A program made the translations under genes and the position numbers. The notes beneath the pieces are model-generated. The model was not told where the DNA came from. It did no database searches and saw only the letters and a list, made by a program, of their open reading frames with translations. From contig NC_057751.1 in NCBI RefSeq assembly GCF_004010195.1, positions 10,119,457 to 10,160,763 on the forward strand: 41,307 nt of DNA, read 5' to 3'. Below are positions 35,441-41,307 of the stretch, piece by piece. Source of the DNA: Chiloscyllium plagiosum (lineage: Eukaryota). Numbering within the stretch: position 1 is the first letter of the stretch; each line of letters opens with the position of its first letter.

Positions 35441-35726
35441 AGATTAGATGCCCTACAAAATGGAAACAGGCCATTCGGCCCAACAAGTCTACATTGGCCC
35501 TCCGAAGAGTAAACCACCCAGACCCATTCCCCTACATACACACCTAACACTATGGGCAATTTAGCATGGTCAATTCACCTGACCCACACATCTTTGGACT
35601 GTGGGAGGAAACCCACGCAGACATGGGGAGAATGTATGAACTCCACACAGTCACCCAAGGCTAGAATCGAACCTAGGACGCTGGTGCTATGAGGCAATAG
35701 TGCTAACCACTGAGCCACCATACCAC
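35441..35726 (-). mobile_element. HE1-type V-SINE
   Basis: Reverse complement of the 5138 and 32177 SINEs. Confidence 0.9.
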
Positions 35727-36143
35727 TATTACTAGATGACCCTACTATTTCATGTGAGGGAGAATCCTTCAATTGCCAATTTTGACAACCCATTAGAGAC
35801 AACTTCACTTCAATGATTTGCTTGTTGATTTAGCTCTCCAGGTAAACGAGTGACATCTCTCTACTGCCAACATGATCAGTGCACTACTGTGAGGCACTCC
35901 TGCTTCAATCAATTCACACGATGAAAAATCTTCAGATGTTCCATGAACCTGTTAAATTTGGCAATCTACAATTTTTTTTCTTCTTACAAAGGATATTTCT
36001 TTATGTATTTGAGAACAGTAACCTGGTGCCATGTAATTAAAACAGCTGAAAATGTACATACTGCTAAAGTAAAAATTGAACTCAATTCTGGTTACATCAG
36101 CAGAAAACTGGACACCCTTGTTCAAGGTAACTGAAAATAATTT

Positions 36144-36273
36144 TAGGTTATAGTCCAACAGGTTTCTTTGGAAGCACTAGCTTTCGGAGCTCTGCTCCTT
36201 CATCAGGCACAACCACCTGATGTGTGATTTTTAATTTTGTACACCCCAGTCCAACTCCGGCATCTCCAAATCA
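36144..36273. mobile_element. Short PLE remnant (same family as the 16185 element)
   Basis: Terminal sequence TGTGTGATTTTTAATTTTGTACACCCCAGTCCAAC; 12-bp TSD TGAAAATAATTT (36132-36143, 36274-36285). Confidence 0.8.
36178..36206 (-). ncRNA. Minimal PLE-type hammerhead ribozyme motif
   Basis: Minus strand CUGAUGA-A-GGAGC(AGA)GCUCC-GAAA-GCUA with a perfect 5-bp stem II. Confidence 0.65.
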
Positions 36274-36637
36274 TGAAAATAATTTAACTTTTTAAATGGT
36301 TGTTTGAATTGGCAGATATTCAGTCTCTACAATATTTGACTTTTATTTCATGGATCCTTCATTGTGACCTGTGCAAATTGATGCTCATACCACCATCTAA
36401 TAGCCTGCAGAACAACTCTGAATGTGTCAACACAGCCAGTACCCTTGCATGCATCTCATGAAAAAATCTTTGACCGGTACATTATATTTCTTCCAACGCT
36501 GAGGGTAATCAAATTAGGTTTCCTGAAACCTTTCCAAATCTTTAATGGTGTCATTGTCTTTGAAAATGGAACTTTTTTTGACATGAAAAGCTTCTAAAAC
36601 CAAAAAAAACTTCAGTAACCATTACACCTGTACATTA

Positions 36638-36960
36638 AGGAGAGATGATGGCCTCGTGCTCTTTTCCAGAGACCAAGGTAGTGTTCTGGGGACCTGGGTT
36701 TGAATCCCACCAAAGCAGCTGGTGCGGTTTAAATTCAATAAAAATCTGAAGTTAAGAATCTAATAATGCCATCTAATAATGACCATGAATCTGTTGCCAA
36801 TTGTTGGCAAAACCCATGCGGTTCACTTGTGTCCTTTATGGAAGGAAACTGCTGTCCTTAACTGATCTGGCCTACATGTGACTCCAGACCCACAGCAACC
36901 CACTCTTAATTAAGAATGGCCAAGAAATGCTGGCCTTGCGAGCAACATCCTATGAATGAA
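36638..36960 (+). mobile_element. tRNA-derived SINE with a CR1/L2-group LINE tail
   Basis: B box GGTTTGAATCCC, body AAAACCCATGCGGTTCAC...GGCCTACATGTGACTCCAGACCCACAGCAA, tail AAATGCTGGCC...ATGAATGAA. Confidence 0.75.
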
Positions 36961-37069
36961 GTAAACATAGTGGAATCTGAATTTTTGATTCGACTTCAGT
37001 CTGTTTTATGAACAGACAAATGGGAAAACGTTTTCATCTAAAAGTTTTCCCTGAGTCTCTCACTGTATT

Positions 37070-38375
37070 CAGGAGGCTGATAAATCTCCCCATCTTCAAT
37101 GATGGAAGAGCCAATATATCAGTGCAAAAGATAAAGCTGAAGCATTTGCAGCAATCTTCAGCCAGAACTGCCCAATGGATGATCCATCTTGGTCTCCAGC
37201 ATCACAGATACCAGTCTTCAGCCAGTTCAATTCATGCCACATGATATCAAGTAATAGTTGGAGGCAATGGAAAGGCCAAGGACCCTGTCAATATTCTGCC
37301 AGTAGCACTGAAGACTTGTGCTCCAGAGCTCCCTGAGCCAAGCTCTTCCAACAGTTACAACATTGGCATCTACCGGATAATGTGGAATATTTCCCCAGAT
37401 ATGTCCTGTACACCAAAAAAGGACAAATCCAACCTGGCCAAGTACGGCTCCATCAGTCAAGTGTCAATTATAAATAAATGGTGTCATCAACAATACTGTC
37501 AAGCATTCTTGTTTTGAATACTCTACTCATTGATGCTCAGTATGGGTTCCACCAGGGCCACACGGCTCCTGACCTCAGTCCAGTCTTCGTTCAAACAAGG
37601 ACAAAAGAGCTCAATTCCAGAGCTGAGGTGACAGTGACAGCTGTTGATATCAAGATTGCATTTGACTAGTATGGTGTCAAGGAGCCCAAGCAAAACGAAT
37701 CACTGGGTATCGGGGGCAAACTCTCCACTGGTTGAAGTCATACACGCCAGATCAGACGATTGTCGTTATTAGTGGTCAGTCATCTCAGCTCCAGGACATC
37801 TGTACAGGGTTCCTCAGGATAGTGTCTTGAACTTGCCAAGGCTCTTGAACAGCATTCTCCAAACCCAAAGCTTTGACTTCTAAGAAGAACAAGGATCACA
37901 GAGTCTCCTAATATATTGAGGAGACTCACTAATATCCAATCTTAAATGATGGAAGAGCCCAACACATTAGTGCAAAAGATAAAGGGCCAACCATCTTCAA
38001 TTGGTTCCTCAATGAACTTTCCTCCATCATAAGGTCAGAGGTGAGGATGTTGGTCGATGATTGCACAATTTTCAGCACCATTTGCGGCTCCTCAGATACT
38101 GAAGGAGTCCGTGTTCAAATGCAACAGGCTTGGTCTAACAAGTGGCAAGTAACATTCCCCACCCATACCCATGTCAGCAATGACTGTCTCCAACAAGAGA
38201 CCATTAAACCACCACCTTTCGACATTCACTGGCTTTACCATCACTGAATCCCCTACTGGCATCCTGGCGATTTCCATTGACCAGAAACAAAACTGGATTC
38301 ACCACATAAACACAGTAGCTGCAAGAGCACATCAGAGGCAAGGAATGCTACAGCGAGTAACTCATCTCCTGACTC
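37070..38375 (+). mobile_element. CR1/L2-group LINE RT fragment, decayed and rearranged
   Basis: LLIDAQYGFHQGHTAPDL, VTAVDIKIAFD, GVPQxSVL-like segment near 37810, MLVDDCTIF (YADD box), WSNKWQVTF. Confidence 0.85.
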
Positions 38376-40366
38376 CTGGGGGATATCATAGCAATGACAG
38401 AAACATGGCTCAGGGATGGACAGGACTGGCAGCTTCATGTTCCAGGATACAAATGCGACAAGAAGGATAGATAGGGAGGGAAGAGAGGAGGGAAGTGGCG
38501 TTTTTGATAAGGGATAATATTACAGCTGTACTGAGGGAAGATATTCCCGGAAATATATCGAGGGAAGTTATTTGGATGGAACTGAGAAACAAGGAAGGGA
38601 TGATCACCTTATTGGGATTGTATTATCGACTCCCTAGTAGTCAGTGGGAAATTGAGAAACAAATTTGTAAAGTGATCTCAGTTATCTGTAAGAATAATAA
38701 GGTGGTTCGGGTAGGGGATTTTAACTTTCCAAACATAAACTGGGACTGCCATAGTGTTAAGGGTTTAGATGGAGAGGAATTTGTTAAGAGTGTTGAAGAA
38801 AACTTTCTGATTCAGTATGCGGATGTATCGACGAGAGAAGGTGCAAAACTTGACATACTCTTGGGAAATAAGGCAGGGCAGGTGATTGAAGTGTCAGTGT
38901 GGGAGCACTTTGGGGCCAGCGACCATAATTCTATTAGTTTTAAAATAGTGATGGAAAAGGATAGACTGGATCTAAAAGTTGAAGTTCTAAATTGGAAAAA
39001 GGCCAATTTTGACGGTATTAGGGAAGAACTTTCAAAAGCTGATTGGGGCAGATGTTCGCTGATAAAAGGATGGCTGAAAAATGGGAAGCCTTCAGAAATG
39101 AGATAATAGGAGTCCAGAAACAGTATATTCCTGTTTGGGTGAAAGGAAAGGCTGGGAGGGAAAAGGGAGTGCTAGATGACTGAAGAAATTGAGGGGTTGG
39201 TTTAAAAAAAAGGAAGCGTATATCAAGTATCGACAGGATAGATTGAATGAATCCTTAGAAGGGTATAGTGGGAGTACACCTAAGAGGGAAATCAGGAGGG
39301 CAAAAAGACATGAAATAACTTTGGCAAAGTAGAGTTAAGGAGAATCCAAAGAATTTTTACAAATGCATGAAGGACAAAAAAGTAACTAGGGAGAGAATAG
39401 GGCCCCTCAGAGATCAGCAAACCGACCTTTGTATGGAGCCGCAGGAGATGGGGAGAGACTAAACAAGTATTTTGCATCAGTATTTACTGTGGAAAAGGAC
39501 ATGGAAGATATAGAATGTGGGGAAATAGATGGTGACATTTGAAAAATATCCATATTACAGAGGAGGAAGTGCTGGATGCCTTGAAACACATAAAAGTGGG
39601 TAAATCCCCAGGACCTGATCAGGTGTACCCTAGAACTCTGTGGGAAACTCGGGCAGTGATTGCTGGGCCTCTTGCTGAGATATTTGTATCATCGATAGTC
39701 ACAGGTGAGGTGCCGGATGACTGGGAGTTGGCTAACATGGTGCCACTGCTGAAGAAAGGTGGTAAGGTCAAACCAGGGAACGATAGACCAGTGAGCCTGA
39801 CGCGTCAGAGCCTGAGGGGTGACCTCATAGAGGTTTATAAAATCATGAGGGGCATGGACAGGATAAATAGACAAAGTCTTTTCCCTAGGGTTGGGGAGTC
39901 CAGAACTAGAAGGCATAGGTTTAGGGTGAGAGGGGAAACATATAAAAAACACCTAAGGGTCAACGTTTTCACACAGAGGGTAGTACATGCATGGAATGAA
40001 CTGCCAAGGGAAGTGGTGGAAGCTAGTACAATTGTTTTAAAAGGCATCTAGATGGGTATATGAATAGGAAGATTCATCCATCCATCCACAAACTCCATCA
40101 ACAAACACATCGACCTGGACCCAATATACCAACCACTACAGCGGGACAGACCACTATAAACACCGGAGGAAACATCAAAGAAGCGCTTCGCAGGAGGCTC
40201 CCAACCACAACGACGAGCACCCGAGCTACAAATCTTCGCACAAACTTTGAATGAATAGGAAGAGTTTGGAGGGATATGGCCGGATACTAGATTGGGTTGG
40301 GATATTTGTTTGCCATGGACAAGTTCAACCAAATGGTCCATTTCTGTGCTGTACATCTCTATGACC
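38376..40366 (+). mobile_element. CR1 LINE (APE endonuclease to 3' end) with the RT core deleted
   Basis: APE motifs VGDFNFPNINW, LDILLGN, SDHNSISF; KSPGPDQVYPRTL; RPVSLT fused near 39802 to LRGDLIEVYKIM; CR1 tail at about 40270-40366. Confidence 0.92.
40073..40250 (+). mobile_element. Penelope/Poseidon-like 3' fragment nested in CR1
   Basis: Encodes TNSINKHIDLDPIYQPLQR, resembling a PLE GIY-YIG C-terminus; exact 13-bp TSD ATGAATAGGAAGA (40060-40072, 40251-40263). Confidence 0.75.
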
Positions 40367-40520
40367 TCACATTTATCTAAATTAAACTCCATCTGCCACT
40401 CCTCGTCCCATTGGCCTATTTGATGAAGACCCCTGTTGTACTCTGAGATAACCTTTTTCACTGTCCACTACATCTCCAGTTTTGGTGATCTGCAAACTTA
40501 TGAACTATACCTATGTTCAC
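40365..40520 (-). mobile_element. CR1 RT fragment, inverted relative to the adjacent CR1
   Basis: Minus strand [16 protein letters not shown]. Confidence 0.8.
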
Positions 40521-40787
40521 ATTGTCTTTCCATGTTTTTTATCCCGTGGTGCTGGGACCTGTGTAATCCCAGATTAATGGCCAACTCTGACTATGAGGTC
40601 AGAGGCTTCAGCGTTGGCTGTGGAGGAGGCAGGAGCCTGGCAATTGATGACAGACAGCAGCATCTGGAAGAGCGTTGGAGGAGCAACAGGATGTATGGGA
40701 TCCAGCTTGGATGCTGCAGTTGCAGGAGTGGTGGCAACGGCAGAGACGGGCCTGCAATCGAGACCCTGGAGCCTGTCATGGAGACTC

Positions 40788-40918
40788 TATAGCTATAAAT
40801 TCTGTGCCTTACAACTGTGTCCTCCACAACTACCTGATGAAGGAGCGGCACTCCAAAAGCTGGTGTGCTTCCAATTAAACCTGTTGGACTATAACTTGGT
40901 GTTGTGTGATTTTTAACT
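40788..40918 (+). mobile_element. PLE terminal fragment (16185 family) with a mutated hammerhead
   Basis: CCTGATGAAGGAGCGGCACTCCAAAAGCTG...AAACCTGTTGGACTATAACTTGGTGTTGTGTGATTTTTAACT matches 17800-17922. Confidence 0.8.
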
Positions 40919-41307
40919 AAAGATCATTGGTCTTGATCTTTTCAGAGAGATTTATGCTCCAGTTGAATTTTCCTCAGCACTGGTGTGAGCGTTCCCAAAA
41001 GGTCCACACTTTCTCAGAAAACTCAAATAAAATTTGTATACTACATGACTGCACCATTCTCGATTGTATTTAGTATACACTTTATTTTCACTGTATATTC
41101 ATTCCTGTTCACAGTATTTGCCTCATGTACATCTGCAACCTTTTTTTTCCTCTGTCCTACCCACGTCTCCTCTATTTTCCCTCTCTTCTCTCACCTCTCC
41201 CTCTTTTCTCTCACCTTCCCCTTTTGCTGTCTTCCCTCACCTGACCCTCTCTCTTTCTACGCCATCCCCCTCTTTCTTTCTTGACCCAACACCTCTGCCC
41301 TGCTTCC

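Noticed and set aside
35810..35950. Minus-strand open frame after aacag| as an exon of a neighbouring gene
   Set aside because: Short, no recognisable host protein, no partner exons; the GVPHSSAL segment could equally be an ancient LINE remnant.
16173..36285. Sequence-specific target CTGAAAAT for one PLE family (TSDs at 16173 and 36132)
   Set aside because: The two elements are in opposite orientation relative to the motif and n=2; general AT preference explains it.
40560..40790. GC-rich stretch with overlapping ORFs of about 70-120 aa
   Set aside because: No splice signals or domain recognised; embedded among TE fragments and probably an unidentified repeat.
1..41307. CRISPR arrays, prokaryotic operons, retron or defence systems
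   Set aside because: This is eukaryotic intron-exon DNA with no regularly spaced repeats; all RT sequences belong to CR1/L2, Tx1, Rex1 or Penelope retrotransposons.

Overview
This is vertebrate nuclear DNA, almost certainly from a shark (elasmobranch), judging by its HE1/V-SINEs, a DeuSINE and shark-type CR1 and Penelope families. The only host gene found is ELMOD3 (ELMO-domain ARF/ARL GAP) on the + strand. Ten coding exons from 1340 to 28255 splice in phase through GT-AG junctions (371 codons plus stop). A probable first coding exon lies at 13-48, and the 3'UTR probably runs to about 32140. Most of the remainder is a layered record of transposable elements: CR1, Tx1/L1, Rex1/Babar, a Gypsy-type solo LTR, tRNA-derived SINEs, and many Penelope-like elements (PLEs) with inverted arms, 9-15 bp target-site duplications (TSDs) and minimal hammerhead-ribozyme motifs. 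Main points of interest: (i) an 89-nt ELMOD3 exon sandwiched between two large PLE fold-backs; (ii) hammerhead cores that are all disabled in sense orientation inside the gene, while intact ones occur antisense or downstream; (iii) a 3'UTR hairpin insertion whose TSD duplicated an AATAAA; (iv) a candidate in-frame 177-nt cassette exon; (v) a CR1 end occupying the branch-point zone of an exon. No clearly new protein-coding system is visible. All family assignments come from motif recognition by eye, not database searches. There is an assembly gap at 33100-33787.
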